From: Escherichia phage EC150
Sequence record: ON210137.1
Length of the DNA stretch: 64,000 nucleotides
Reading direction: 5' to 3' (one strand)
In this document: positions 41,684 to 50,989 of the stretch, piece after piece
How positions within the stretch are numbered: the first letter of the stretch is position 1
Layout: the number at the start of each line of letters is the position of its first letter
Program-made: the position numbers and the translations under genes
Notes under the pieces: generated by a model
What the model was told of the DNA's origin: nothing
The model's input: only the letters and a program-made list of their open reading frames with translations
Databases searched by the model: none

Positions 41684-43471
41684 ATGCCAACACTTATTAA
41701 CAGACCTTTCGCGCAAAGCGGTGATGTATCCGTGGTGCCGGATGCAAGCCCAAGCGGTTATGTGAACTTCCAGCGCGGCTACACCCCTGACTATGCACTT
41801 GCCCTGGAGGCTGGAAACGTCGCCGCGAAAGCTGTTGAGCGCGAATCAATGAACTGGTTGCTGAATTTGATTACAGACAACCTTATGTTTATTCAAGATC
41901 ATGGCGCTCAACAATATTTCTCTTCTGACTTGAAGCCGGATGGATACCCGAAAAACGCCATCGTAGTAAGCAACTCTGGAACGCCTTCAGCGCCTGAGTG
42001 GCGCATCTTTCAAAGCGTGGTCGACGGCAACACAAGCGCCGTACCAGCTAACGGAGAAACGGAATCTTGGCAGGAATTAACGTTGCCCAGCGAAGCGCGA
42101 AAATACATTCCGATGCCTGCTGGCGGCGATGCGCAAAACCCGTACTTTGTTCGCGGATTGATTTCAAGTTTTGTGGACTTCGATAATATTACGACTTCCA
42201 CCACTATTGTAATTCAATCCGATTCCGTCGCTGCTCTGTGCTCTAACATCCCGAATGCGGTTGGCGCAACGAAGGTTGCAGGTCGGCTGCAGGTCTGCGC
42301 TTGGCAGGTCGATGCACAAACATTTGCCTTGCAGCAATATACATCAATGAATGGCTATTTGTTTACTCGCTCTTACACTTCTGGTGCTTGGAGTGCTTGG
42401 ATTCAAAATGCCACTGTTCAAGACGTGCAAATCGGAACTCCAAACCTTGCATCTGGTAAAGGCGCGCAAGATATAATCCTCACCGTTCCAGCAGGGTATT
42501 CATGGCCACCTTCTGCGGGTAGTCGTTTGACCATCGTCAATGACGTGACTACTACCGGACCTGTCACCGTGACCATTGGTGTAAACAAAGTTGCCGTTCT
42601 TGGATTCGACGGCGGCGAGTTACCAGCTGGCGCTATCGTAGGCTTGTTGCCATTCACCATCATTTATGACGGCGCTGTTTGGCGTCTCCTTCAGGCATTT
42701 GGCGCGGCGCAAATCGGCGTTGATGCTACTGAGCCGCAACAGTTTGTTACAAAGCGCCAACTCGATGCTTTGGCTGCGAAGTTGATCACTATGGGTGATG
42801 TATTCGAAGTAGGTGAGACTCGATTCCTCACCAACGGGACCAACCCAAACACTAAACTGGGCGCTTACGGTCAGGTATGGACACGACTTCCTGATAACAT
42901 GGTCATCAGAACATCTGGCACGGCGCGAAACGGTCTTGCCACTGGCGGCGCGGACTCTGTTACTCTTACCGCCGCCATGCTTCCTCTCCACAATCACAGC
43001 GTCAACATAACAACGCGCCAGAGCGGACCATGGTCCAATACAACTGGAGACGCAGGTAACCATAACCACACAGGCGATACAAGCCAAAACGGCGCTCACG
43101 TCCACGGTATGGATGCAGCAGGGAATCACCATCACGACAGCGGTTGGGGAGAGTCAAACGTTCAAGATGCAAGGTACGGCGTTTATGATGGAACGCAAAA
43201 CAACTTCGGAAGTCGAAAGGGCGGCGACTGGGATAACTACAAATACAATACTTCAACTAATGGCAACCATGTCCATAATATTCAATCTTCTGGATCACAC
43301 ACCCATGGTTTGAATATAAATTACGCTGGTAATCATAGCCATGGCTATACACTTCCCGCTCACACTCACGATGTGGTCGGGAATACTGGCGATGCAGGAC
43401 AGTTGGTGCCAACGGCTGTTGCGACTTTGCCGCGATACGTTGTTTTGAATGGCTGGTACAGAAGCGCATAA
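41684..43471 (+). CDS. tail fibre protein with C-terminal His-x-His repeat region
   Basis: In-frame ATG 41684 after GAGGAA. The N-terminus (..FAQSGD...P......GY.NFQRGYTPDY) is like short tail fibre/collar proteins. Eight HxH motifs lie between nt ~42980 and 43380. Confidence 0.7.
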   Translation: MPTLINRPFAQSGDVSVVPDASPSGYVNFQRGYTPDYALALEAGNVAAKAVERESMNWLLNLITDNLMFIQDHGAQQYFSSDLKPDGYPKNAIVVSNSGTPSAPEWRIFQSVVDGNTSAVPANGETESWQELTLPSEARKYIPMPAGGDAQNPYFVRGLISSFVDFDNITTSTTIVIQSDSVAALCSNIPNAVGATKVAGRLQVCAWQVDAQTFALQQYTSMNGYLFTRSYTSGAWSAWIQNATVQDVQIGTPNLASGKGAQDIILTVPAGYSWPPSAGSRLTIVNDVTTTGPVTVTIGVNKVAVLGFDGGELPAGAIVGLLPFTIIYDGAVWRLLQAFGAAQIGVDATEPQQFVTKRQLDALAAKLITMGDVFEVGETRFLTNGTNPNTKLGAYGQVWTRLPDNMVIRTSGTARNGLATGGADSVTLTAAMLPLHNHSVNITTRQSGPWSNTTGDAGNHNHTGDTSQNGAHVHGMDAAGNHHHDSGWGESNVQDARYGVYDGTQNNFGSRKGGDWDNYKYNTSTNGNHVHNIQSSGSHTHGLNINYAGNHSHGYTLPAHTHDVVGNTGDAGQLVPTAVATLPRYVVLNGWYRSA

Positions 43472-43479
43472 GGTGATTT

Positions 43480-44124
43480 ATGATTAATGCAAACGTAATA
43501 TCTAAAGGGACCGGATGCAGCATGGATGTTGCAGAGAAATGGGTGGACCCTTTCAAGCAGGCTTGTGAGCACTACGGAATCAAAAGCAAGAATGCCATCG
43601 CGGCATTCCTTGCAAACGTAGGAGTAGAGACGGGCAGCTTGAAGACCTTTGTGGAAAATCTCAACTACTCTGCTCAAGGTCTTGCCAATACATGGCCTAG
43701 TCGTTACAGCGTCAGCGGTCGCTCTGGAAGTGCCCCGAACTCATTGGCCCTGTCGATTGCCCGTAAACCTGTGGAAATCGCCAATAATACATATGCAAAC
43801 CGCATGGGCAACGGTTCAGTAGCATCTGGCGACGGTTGGAAGTACCGTGGCCGTGGTGCCATTCAGCTGACTGGAAAGGCCAACTATGCGGAATATACGC
43901 GTCAATCAGGCTATGATGCATTGAACAATCCTGATATTCTGACTGAACCAAAATACATTGCTGACAGCGCGGCATGGTTCTTTAAGAATAGCGGCTGTAT
44001 TCCTCTTGCGGATGCAGGAAATTTTGATTCAACCGTTAAGCGGATTAACGGGGCCGCGCCGAACGCAGCAAACCACGGTGAGTTGCGAAGAAAGCGTTAC
44101 AAAGATGCACTAGCAGTTATGTAA
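43480..44124 (+). CDS. endolysin, glycoside hydrolase family 19 (class I chitinase-like)
   Basis: 214 aa. ..AAFLANVGVETG..NLNYSA..L..TWPSRY...YANRMGNG...GDGWKYRGRGAIQLTGKANY.. is the GH19 phage lysozyme signature. Confidence 0.85.
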   Translation: MINANVISKGTGCSMDVAEKWVDPFKQACEHYGIKSKNAIAAFLANVGVETGSLKTFVENLNYSAQGLANTWPSRYSVSGRSGSAPNSLALSIARKPVEIANNTYANRMGNGSVASGDGWKYRGRGAIQLTGKANYAEYTRQSGYDALNNPDILTEPKYIADSAAWFFKNSGCIPLADAGNFDSTVKRINGAAPNAANHGELRRKRYKDALAVM

Positions 44125-44125
44125 G

Positions 44126-44152
44126 AAAAAGGCCCATATGGGCCTTTGTTTA
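44126..44152. terminator. bidirectional rho-independent terminator
   Basis: Palindrome AAAGGCCCATATGGGCCTTT, flanked by an A-run on the left and a T-rich tract on the right. Lies between convergent genes. Confidence 0.65.
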
Positions 44153-44362
44153 TTTTACGGCTTCAACTTGGACGGGCGGAGCGGAACTTGTATCAATGTC
44201 TGGTAAGTCGAAATAATACCCCGCCATACCAATTGCACCCACAATCGCGGCCCGTGCCACCTTGCTGCTAATTGACTCCCCAATAAGCTTTACCAACAGG
44301 GATAAGATTTGAGACATCAAAGCCTTTTTCAGCCTTTTGTTTTCTTCCAAATCTTTCTGCAT
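44150..44362 (-). CDS. small membrane protein (1 TM)
   Basis: ATG 44362 (MQKDLEEN...) with GGTGG 5 nt upstream. TM segment is AAIVGAIGMAGYYF. Confidence 0.45.
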   Translation of the reverse strand: MQKDLEENKRLKKALMSQILSLLVKLIGESISSKVARAAIVGAIGMAGYYFDLPDIDTSSAPPVQVEAVK

Positions 44363-44376
44363 AACTACCACCCATG

Positions 44377-44919
44377 TCAACGCACTTCCTGTGTCTTAAC
44401 ATTACCTGAAGCATCTCTCAAGGGCAGTGGATAGTAGGCCATTTGGTAGTCTGATACGCCTTCAATGTGATAAAACACGATTACGTCTTTGCTGTTGATG
44501 AGCATGTTAACGATATCTGATTTATCTTCTGGAGTGAGTATTAGTGCGCCGCCTGTCCTGCTGTCTACTGCAACAGGGTATGTCTTGTCGACAAGGCCGC
44601 TGTCCAATGTATTATACCTGACAACGATTTCAGGGGCATCAACTTTTTCCATTGACATTCCGAACACAAACGACACGACCTGCCGACCGCGATCATTCAT
44701 TACGCACATCTTTTCTTTGTCAAATCTTTCTTTTATTGCGTCGTATTTATTCCAGCAAAACTCAAATGACTGCCCATTGTTGAAATATCTTGTCAAAACT
44801 TTTGCACTTCCATTCGGCGGCGTAAACATATTTTCAGCCGATGCAGTCTTGGTGAAGAATATAACTGTCAGCACAGCCATGATGATGATCAAAACAATCT
44901 TTAACTTGTTCGCTTTCAT
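44377..44919 (-). CDS. secreted/periplasmic protein
   Basis: 180 aa. N-terminal signal/anchor KLKIVLIIIMAVLTVIFFTKTASA. Confidence 0.55.
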   Translation of the reverse strand: MKANKLKIVLIIIMAVLTVIFFTKTASAENMFTPPNGSAKVLTRYFNNGQSFEFCWNKYDAIKERFDKEKMCVMNDRGRQVVSFVFGMSMEKVDAPEIVVRYNTLDSGLVDKTYPVAVDSRTGGALILTPEDKSDIVNMLINSKDVIVFYHIEGVSDYQMAYYPLPLRDASGNVKTQEVR

Positions 44920-44994
44920 TATAATTCACCTTTTGATTATGAATATTAATAGTATAGGCTCAAGGTTTTGAAAGTAAATACGCCGAAAGTAAAT

Positions 44995-45025
44995 AAAAGA
45001 AAAGCCGGAAATTTCCGGCTTTATG
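44995..45025 (-). terminator. rho-independent terminator after the ligase operon
   Basis: Perfect palindrome AAGCCGGAAATTTCCGGCTT (45002-45021), followed on the minus strand by TTCTTTTATTT. Confidence 0.6.
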
Positions 45026-45094
45026 TATACACTGTATATTAAATTCTAGAAAACGGCGCGATAGATTATACGCACCAATTATTTATCCAGTGTG

Positions 45095-46072
45095 TTAAAA
45101 ATACTCCATATCGGTAATATCACGGAAGCATTTATACAAGGCAGAGCGCGGCACGTCAACGATGCCAAAGTTGAAGAATTTATATGTCAGATACTTGTTG
45201 CGATAATTCTCGCGATTCTCCCAAAGCATTTTTCTCTCTGCCATAGGCATTGAACCAGCGGATACGCGGAAAGGAATCATTTCACCTTTCTCATCAACAT
45301 ATTTTGGATTGACAACCACAAATGATCCAAGGTATCCTTTTGCAACTAAGCCTTCAGCCTCTTTCGAACGCTTAGTGCGACCCAACTCATCAATGAATGC
45401 TTCGTTGTTATTCTCCATCATCTCAACGAAGTCTATGATCAGACCTTCTTCATCGGTCCACGGCTTGTCCTTCCACACATCACGTGACTTTGGCGTCGCG
45501 CGGCCATGCTTGTATTTGCCCGTCCAAGACTTGCCATACAAGCCTTCATAGCCAAGCTGGTCTGCTTCGATTTGCATCGCCGCGTACTGTTCCATATTTT
45601 CGATGTTTCGATATTCGAGAGCGCGAAGGAATGGGCGTCGACCATGGTTGAGGAGGTGCTGATTGACTTCAGCAACTCTAGCGCGATAGTTTGCATAACG
45701 CTTTTCAAAAGGCAAATCAGGGTCGCTGAAGTCATCAAACACCCACCATGTAAAGTTAGTGATTGCATCAGTGTTCATGCATGCAGTATAGGCCTGTTGC
45801 ATGACGTTCTTGTCGTTCGGATTACCGTCAATTAGCTCTCCATCAAGTCCGTGAATCAATTCACCCAAGAATAGGAACTCTTTTTTGATTTGAATATTGC
45901 GCAGCGCCATGCCGGACGTGCCCATTGGCAAGTTGTCATACGCCATCGCGCGTATGCCATCGACCTTGAAGGATAATCCGCAAGGCAGCGGCACATCTTC
46001 GCCGCGCTCGATGATTTGTTTACGCTGACAGCCTTTCATTGGTTTTAATGCTTTGATTTCTCCTGCCATCAC
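45095..46072 (-). CDS. ATP-dependent DNA ligase
   Basis: 325 aa. Adenylation motif I at ..LSFKVDGIRA.. (KxDG). Size matches minimal phage ligases. Confidence 0.8.
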   Translation of the reverse strand: MMAGEIKALKPMKGCQRKQIIERGEDVPLPCGLSFKVDGIRAMAYDNLPMGTSGMALRNIQIKKEFLFLGELIHGLDGELIDGNPNDKNVMQQAYTACMNTDAITNFTWWVFDDFSDPDLPFEKRYANYRARVAEVNQHLLNHGRRPFLRALEYRNIENMEQYAAMQIEADQLGYEGLYGKSWTGKYKHGRATPKSRDVWKDKPWTDEEGLIIDFVEMMENNNEAFIDELGRTKRSKEAEGLVAKGYLGSFVVVNPKYVDEKGEMIPFRVSAGSMPMAERKMLWENRENYRNKYLTYKFFNFGIVDVPRSALYKCFRDITDMEYF

Positions 46073-46662
46073 TCAAACTCCTTATTCATCACTTGTTCCA
46101 GCGCATAGGCATAAGCCTGATCAGTCGATTTGATAAACGTTCCGTTGTACATCACACCTTTACGGTCCTTGATGTCTTCATAGGCGGCTTGAGCGCAATC
46201 AGACAGTCGAAGTCCATAATCATGTGCTACGCCGGAAAGATAATCGACTGCGCCCATGATGGTGACATCAATATCCATACTTTGATTTTTAGCAATGGCG
46301 TCACCAAGCCGTCCAAGAGTCTTTGCCAAGCGAAGGATAAACGAGTGAGGGTGAGCGCCTTTGTCAGCGCAACCGCCGCCGTTGATGTCTTCGATTTTTG
46401 CACCGTTTTGCGCGGCAAGAATAGTTAACACAACAAGGCAATCGCCGATGTCATCCTTGATTGCGGATTGTAAATCACAGATGGCCTGCTCTGTATATCC
46501 GATTTCAGGGTCAAAGAACACAAGGTCATGTAATTGATCAACGTGGTCGGTCAACTCCCCAAACTCGCTAATAAGCTTCGGGTATTGGTCCTTAAGGTCG
46601 CAGCCTTGGATGATGTTACGTTCAGAAGCCCACTGGCGAATGTTTGCATAAATCTGGTTCAT
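46069..46662 (-). CDS. MazG-like nucleotide pyrophosphohydrolase
   Basis: 197 aa. ..LISEFGELTD.. and ..IKDDIGDCLVVLTILA.. match the MazG ExxE / DxxD helices. The C-terminal ..YEDIKDRKG.. also fits. Confidence 0.65.
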   Translation of the reverse strand: MNQIYANIRQWASERNIIQGCDLKDQYPKLISEFGELTDHVDQLHDLVFFDPEIGYTEQAICDLQSAIKDDIGDCLVVLTILAAQNGAKIEDINGGGCADKGAHPHSFILRLAKTLGRLGDAIAKNQSMDIDVTIMGAVDYLSGVAHDYGLRLSDCAQAAYEDIKDRKGVMYNGTFIKSTDQAYAYALEQVMNKEFE

Positions 46663-47177
46663 TTATTTTCCTTTGATGCGTTGAATTGATCGATTTTAAT
46701 TTTAGCCTGATTATAAGTATCAATCAAGCTATTAACCTTCTCTTTTAATCGGTTTGTTTCTGCGGCGAACTGAACAAGAAATCTGACATCGTCTTCTGAT
46801 AGTCCACAGTTTCCTTCTGGGATAGAGAGGCGTCCAGTGGTCGCAGAGTCGGGCACACTCCTGAGTAACTCACGGGAGCAGCTGAGTTGCTCGCGCAGCT
46901 TGATATTCCCAGACTTGTAACGAGCAATAGTGTCATCAGCAACCAGTTGCGCTTCCTGGCGACCCTTCTCATATGCCGATGCCGATTCAACCTGTAAAGA
47001 TGCAATTTGCTCTTCGAGTGCATTTATCTTGTCCTTACGCTCATTAAGCGATGTCAGATATTGATTATCCTTTGCCAGTGATGCGTTGGTTTGCTGCAGG
47101 TCTTCAACGTATGATCCAGCGGCAAACGCGCCAACAAGGGCAAGAATCTTCAGGAGCGGTACAATTCTTTCTATCAT
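46659..47177 (-). CDS. i-spanin (Rz-like)
   Basis: 172 aa. N-terminal TM segment (LLKILALVGAFAAG), then a long coiled-coil periplasmic region. Contains an embedded +1-frame lipoprotein ORF. Confidence 0.6.
   Translation of the reverse strand: MIERIVPLLKILALVGAFAAGSYVEDLQQTNASLAKDNQYLTSLNERKDKINALEEQIASLQVESASAYEKGRQEAQLVADDTIARYKSGNIKLREQLSCSRELLRSVPDSATTGRLSIPEGNCGLSEDDVRFLVQFAAETNRLKEKVNSLIDTYNQAKIKIDQFNASKENK
46745..46936 (-). CDS. o-spanin (Rz1-like lipoprotein) embedded in the Rz-like gene
   Basis: MTLLLVTSLGISSC... has the lipobox ISS|C. 63 aa, entirely inside 46659..47177 in the +1 frame. Confidence 0.5.
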   Translation of the reverse strand: MTLLLVTSLGISSCASNSAAPVSYSGVCPTLRPLDASLSQKETVDYQKTMSDFLFSSPQKQTD

Positions 47178-47234
47178 GATGCACCAGATAAATAAAAGGC
47201 CGCCAATCGGCAGCCTTGTTGATTTGATTGTCGA

Positions 47235-48095
47235 TTAAAACTCTTCTGCGTCGGTCGGAGTTTCATTGACAGGACCAGCGGCACCGCTTGCTTCTTCCTG
47301 CTTGCTGCGGTCAATGTTAACGTTGCCGCCAACTACGTCGTTGTGGAATGCTTTGGCGACTTCGTACAAACCTTTGTCCTGCACCAGACCTTCCAGCTCA
47401 AACTTCAGAACTGACCATGTGTTGCCGTCTTTGGACTGGGATGCAGTACCCATGCGAACGATGTTCATAAAGGTCGGCGGCGTTTTCAGACCCTGCGGAG
47501 TCTGAACTTTCTTCTGCTGCAGAGCGGTCATCAGCATGCGAGACGGCTTGATCATGGAAGAAGTCAGAGACAGCATTGCGCTACCAAATTCACCAGTTTC
47601 TTCGTTCAACAGAATCACAAAGTGGTTGCGTGTATCTGCGTAGTAAGGCGATTTCTTCTCGTGCACCTTGCCGTTTTCGTCCGGCACGAATACCTTACCG
47701 TTGATCTCAACAGCGCGGCCTGCCGCGACTTCTGCATCAACGTGCTCTTTGGTGAATTCACCTTTAAAGCCTTTATCGTCGGACTCGCGACCGCCCCAAA
47801 GGATGAAGGTGCGTTTGAATGCGCAAGGGATGATCTGCACGCCTTTCTTACCGTCATACAACTCACCAGTAACGGTGTTGTAAAGCATTCCGGCTTTTGC
47901 GCCAGGAACGTGTTTTGGATCATCTTCGTCGACCATAGGAGACATCTTCTGCAGGACGACGATAAAAGGAATGGCATACGCATCGGCATCGGCACCTTCA
48001 AAACCAGCGCCAAAATCGGTCATGTCGACAAAATCAGCCATAGCGGACATCTGGGTGTTTTTCACTGCAACTTCGGTAGTTTCTTTCTTAGACAT
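47235..48095 (-). CDS. putative ssDNA-binding protein
   Basis: 286 aa. Strong codon bias. The acidic C-terminal tail ends ...TPTDAEEF, as in T7 gp2.5-type SSBs. Lies in the replication module. Assignment is tentative. Confidence 0.45.
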   Translation of the reverse strand: MSKKETTEVAVKNTQMSAMADFVDMTDFGAGFEGADADAYAIPFIVVLQKMSPMVDEDDPKHVPGAKAGMLYNTVTGELYDGKKGVQIIPCAFKRTFILWGGRESDDKGFKGEFTKEHVDAEVAAGRAVEINGKVFVPDENGKVHEKKSPYYADTRNHFVILLNEETGEFGSAMLSLTSSMIKPSRMLMTALQQKKVQTPQGLKTPPTFMNIVRMGTASQSKDGNTWSVLKFELEGLVQDKGLYEVAKAFHNDVVGGNVNIDRSKQEEASGAAGPVNETPTDAEEF

Positions 48096-48154
48096 TTGAT
48101 ATTTTCCTATAGTATCAAGTTTCGTGGCAACCTGATTTCAAGATAAAGGTTAAA

Positions 48155-48712
48155 TTACTTTTTGCTTTTAGGCAAGGTTATTTTAGCTTCTTTGTATTCA
48201 AAAACGCTAATATCTTCACTAACTGGATTGCCTGCTTCCAGCTGTTCTTTTACAAATGACTTCAGTGTAGCAGAATGAACGCCTTGTTTCAAGGTGGCTT
48301 CAACACCATCTTCACGCAGCGCGGCAACAATCTCTTGCGCCTGTTCGATTTCTTCGCGACCAAACTCAGCCGTGACGCTGGACTTGATCAGGCCGCCGTA
48401 ACCGTTGTTTACAAGCCAATCGAAAACTTTTAATTCGTTTTCTTTCTTGATTGAAGCGTTCACCTTGGACTCGACCTTGATTTTGGTCTTGTCCTCAAGC
48501 TTGATTTCGGACACGCCAAGCTCATCCATAACGCCAGGAAGCAAAACAGTTTTGATTTCACTGATACGCTGCTTTTGCATATCAGCTTCATCTTCAAGCT
48601 CTGTCAAAGCTTCTTGGCGTTCTGCCAGTTCAGATACTAAGCGCGCAAGGCGCTCTTGAATGCTCTCAGGAGCAACCTGCGGCAAATCATCTTCCCAATT
48701 AATATTGCTCAT
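48155..48712 (-). CDS. hypothetical coiled-coil protein (replication module)
   Basis: 185-aa acidic ORF whose start overlaps the upstream stop. Confidence 0.5.
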   Translation of the reverse strand: MSNINWEDDLPQVAPESIQERLARLVSELAERQEALTELEDEADMQKQRISEIKTVLLPGVMDELGVSEIKLEDKTKIKVESKVNASIKKENELKVFDWLVNNGYGGLIKSSVTAEFGREEIEQAQEIVAALREDGVEATLKQGVHSATLKSFVKEQLEAGNPVSEDISVFEYKEAKITLPKSKK

Positions 48713-48972
48713 ATTTTACCTTCTTGCATTAGCCCTTCAACACGGGTCATTTGATAACGTTCAGGTTTCCAAGCCGCCAAAGCCTTCTCAGCGCCTTTTA
48801 AGGTTTTATACGCCTTGATGCCAGGCGTGATAACAGTATTCACCCCAGCACCGTTGCCATAATCAAACTCTTTAACAACGCGAAACATTCCGTCAATTTC
48901 TTTGACCAAAAGACGTTTGAAAGCGATTGCGCCAGTAGCTTCATTTTTGTAACGTTCAAGGATGCGTACCAT
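48709..48972 (-). CDS. hypothetical protein
   Basis: 87-aa ORF. Preferred over the overlapping 62-aa frame. Confidence 0.5.
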   Translation of the reverse strand: MVRILERYKNEATGAIAFKRLLVKEIDGMFRVVKEFDYGNGAGVNTVITPGIKAYKTLKGAEKALAAWKPERYQMTRVEGLMQEGKI

Positions 48973-49046
48973 TTTGTATTCCTCTGTTTCGTTTCGATGA
49001 AGTAATTATGACTCATCTTCCATGACAAGTCAAATTATTTTTGATA

Positions 49047-50570
49047 TTAATTCATCTTTTTGCCGTCGAGGATGTGATCAGCAAGCATAGATTTCATGCT
49101 CAGTGAACGCTGAATTTCTTCGTCGATGGTATCAACGCCAATAAAATCAACATACAACACGCTTGATTTGGTGCCGATGCGGTGATTTCGGTCTTCGGAT
49201 TGTTTGCGCAGCTCGTTGTCGTAGTTGCAAGAATAATAAATTGCCAAGTCAGCGGCGGTAAGCGTGATTCCGATGCCTGCCGCTGCAGCGTGACAAACCA
49301 AGACTTGCGTTCCACCGTTCTCGACTGTGTTTTTCTGGAAGTCATCAATCAAGAACTCGCGCTGCTCTTTTGACGTCTCACCGTTATATACACCAGTGAC
49401 CACGCCTTCAGACTCAAGCCAATCCTTAATCTGGTTCATCTCTTCCTTAAAGATGGCCCAAACGATGAATTTGCGCTCTGGGTCGTCTTCCAGCACCCCT
49501 TCCACATAATCCTTAAAGGCCGTGAATCGTGGGTTGTCTTCCATGTAAACCATCTCATCATACACCTTAACAAAGCCTGATGTCACCTGCTTCATCTTAG
49601 TGCGCGACGCGATCATCTCAAACTTGACGTTTTCTTCTTCGCCCTTGTATTCCATCAAATAGTTGTACTCATTCTTGAGTTCATCGTAAACATCACGTTG
49701 TTTAGGCGACAACTCGAAGTCAATAAACTTGTACACCTTCTCTGGAAGGTCAGGCAAGTATTCTGCTTTTGTTGCACGAAAATAGTGCGGTTCCATCAGC
49801 CGGATAAGCTTGTCAAGGTTTTTGTACATCGGTCGGCCAAACTGGTCTTTGCGCGGCACTTGCGGAATCCCATAGCCATTGCCGCCGATTTTCTTGAGGA
49901 TGGCTTGCATCTCTGGGTCGTGCGCTTCAAGCAGCACTGTAAATTCAGAGTTAAAGGCACGGAATGATTTAGTGCCGAGCAATCCTGCTTCAAGGAAGTG
50001 GTATTGCATGTAAATATCCGCAGGCGAGCGCGGCAACGGCGTGCCAGAAAGGATTCGACGGGCCTTTGCCAGCCGTCCCAATTCCACAACCTTGATGGAG
50101 CGTTTGGCTGTGTTATTCTTGATGCGCGTTGATTCGTCGATGATCATCAGGCAGCGGTACTTCTTCAAGACCGACTCGATGTGTTGATAACCGACTGGTG
50201 TGTTGACAGTGTCGATGTTGAATGAGAAGATGCGCGCAGGCACTTCGCCTTCGGGGTAGTGATCAGCAAACATCTTCTCCCAAAGCGCCTTGCCCTTTTT
50301 AGTTTTCATCTTATCGTTGCCGCGCCAGTAGTGTCCAATCCACTTGATGGAAAGGTGCTCTGGTGCTTCACGACGAATCCAGTTTGAGTGGACACCGTTT
50401 GGAGCGATGACGACCATGGCATCGAACGCGCCAGCGGCGAAGTGCTTTTCAAACTCTGCCAAAGCGGTCCAAGTTTTACCAAGACCCTGTTCCATGAAAT
50501 AGGCAAAGTATTTTCTGCGGCCTGCTTTATCAAGCGCCAGAAGCTGGTGGCGCATCCCTTGTGTTTTCAT
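49047..50570 (-). CDS. SNF2-family DNA helicase/translocase
   Basis: 507 aa. Motif I QGLGKT, motif II IIDESTRIKN, C-terminal ..QSEDRNHRIGT.. (motif VI). Confidence 0.85.
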   Translation of the reverse strand: MKTQGMRHQLLALDKAGRRKYFAYFMEQGLGKTWTALAEFEKHFAAGAFDAMVVIAPNGVHSNWIRREAPEHLSIKWIGHYWRGNDKMKTKKGKALWEKMFADHYPEGEVPARIFSFNIDTVNTPVGYQHIESVLKKYRCLMIIDESTRIKNNTAKRSIKVVELGRLAKARRILSGTPLPRSPADIYMQYHFLEAGLLGTKSFRAFNSEFTVLLEAHDPEMQAILKKIGGNGYGIPQVPRKDQFGRPMYKNLDKLIRLMEPHYFRATKAEYLPDLPEKVYKFIDFELSPKQRDVYDELKNEYNYLMEYKGEEENVKFEMIASRTKMKQVTSGFVKVYDEMVYMEDNPRFTAFKDYVEGVLEDDPERKFIVWAIFKEEMNQIKDWLESEGVVTGVYNGETSKEQREFLIDDFQKNTVENGGTQVLVCHAAAAGIGITLTAADLAIYYSCNYDNELRKQSEDRNHRIGTKSSVLYVDFIGVDTIDEEIQRSLSMKSMLADHILDGKKMN

Positions 50571-50989
50571 GACAATTCCTCTAAATACTTGATGATGTGG
50601 TGAATAGTTCCCTTCACGATTATCTCACGTTGAACGTCTGCAATATTATAACGCTTTAATTCAATCGAAGGGTGGACTAAATAAAACATCTTCTCAGAAT
50701 CGACTTTAAGCAAAACAAATGATGGGTATTTCCAATCATTCCACGAAGAAAGAAAGCTGCACTGACCTTTCTCAAATGCATTTCTGAAAGGTGCAGTGGT
50801 GGCCCTTGCAGGCCACGATTCAAAGAACTTCATTTCAAGCCAAAAGCCGCGCCCTTTCCGGTTGGTGCCGATTACATCCGGCACACCATCACCCGTCATG
50901 GATTCGATTCTTTGAAGCTTCAATGCTGATTCTGAATGCTTCTTCAGGGGCACAAAAATGTATTTTTGTTCACGGTTGTTTGTTGCCAT
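50567..50989 (-). CDS. VRR-NUC-like nuclease
   Basis: In-frame ATG 50989 (MATNNREQ...) overlapping the polymerase stop by 20 nt. ..GVPDVIG....GRGFWLEMKF.. fits the D..(E)xK core of the VRR-NUC/PD-(D/E)xK fold. Confidence 0.55.
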   Translation of the reverse strand: MATNNREQKYIFVPLKKHSESALKLQRIESMTGDGVPDVIGTNRKGRGFWLEMKFFESWPARATTAPFRNAFEKGQCSFLSSWNDWKYPSFVLLKVDSEKMFYLVHPSIELKRYNIADVQREIIVKGTIHHIIKYLEELS

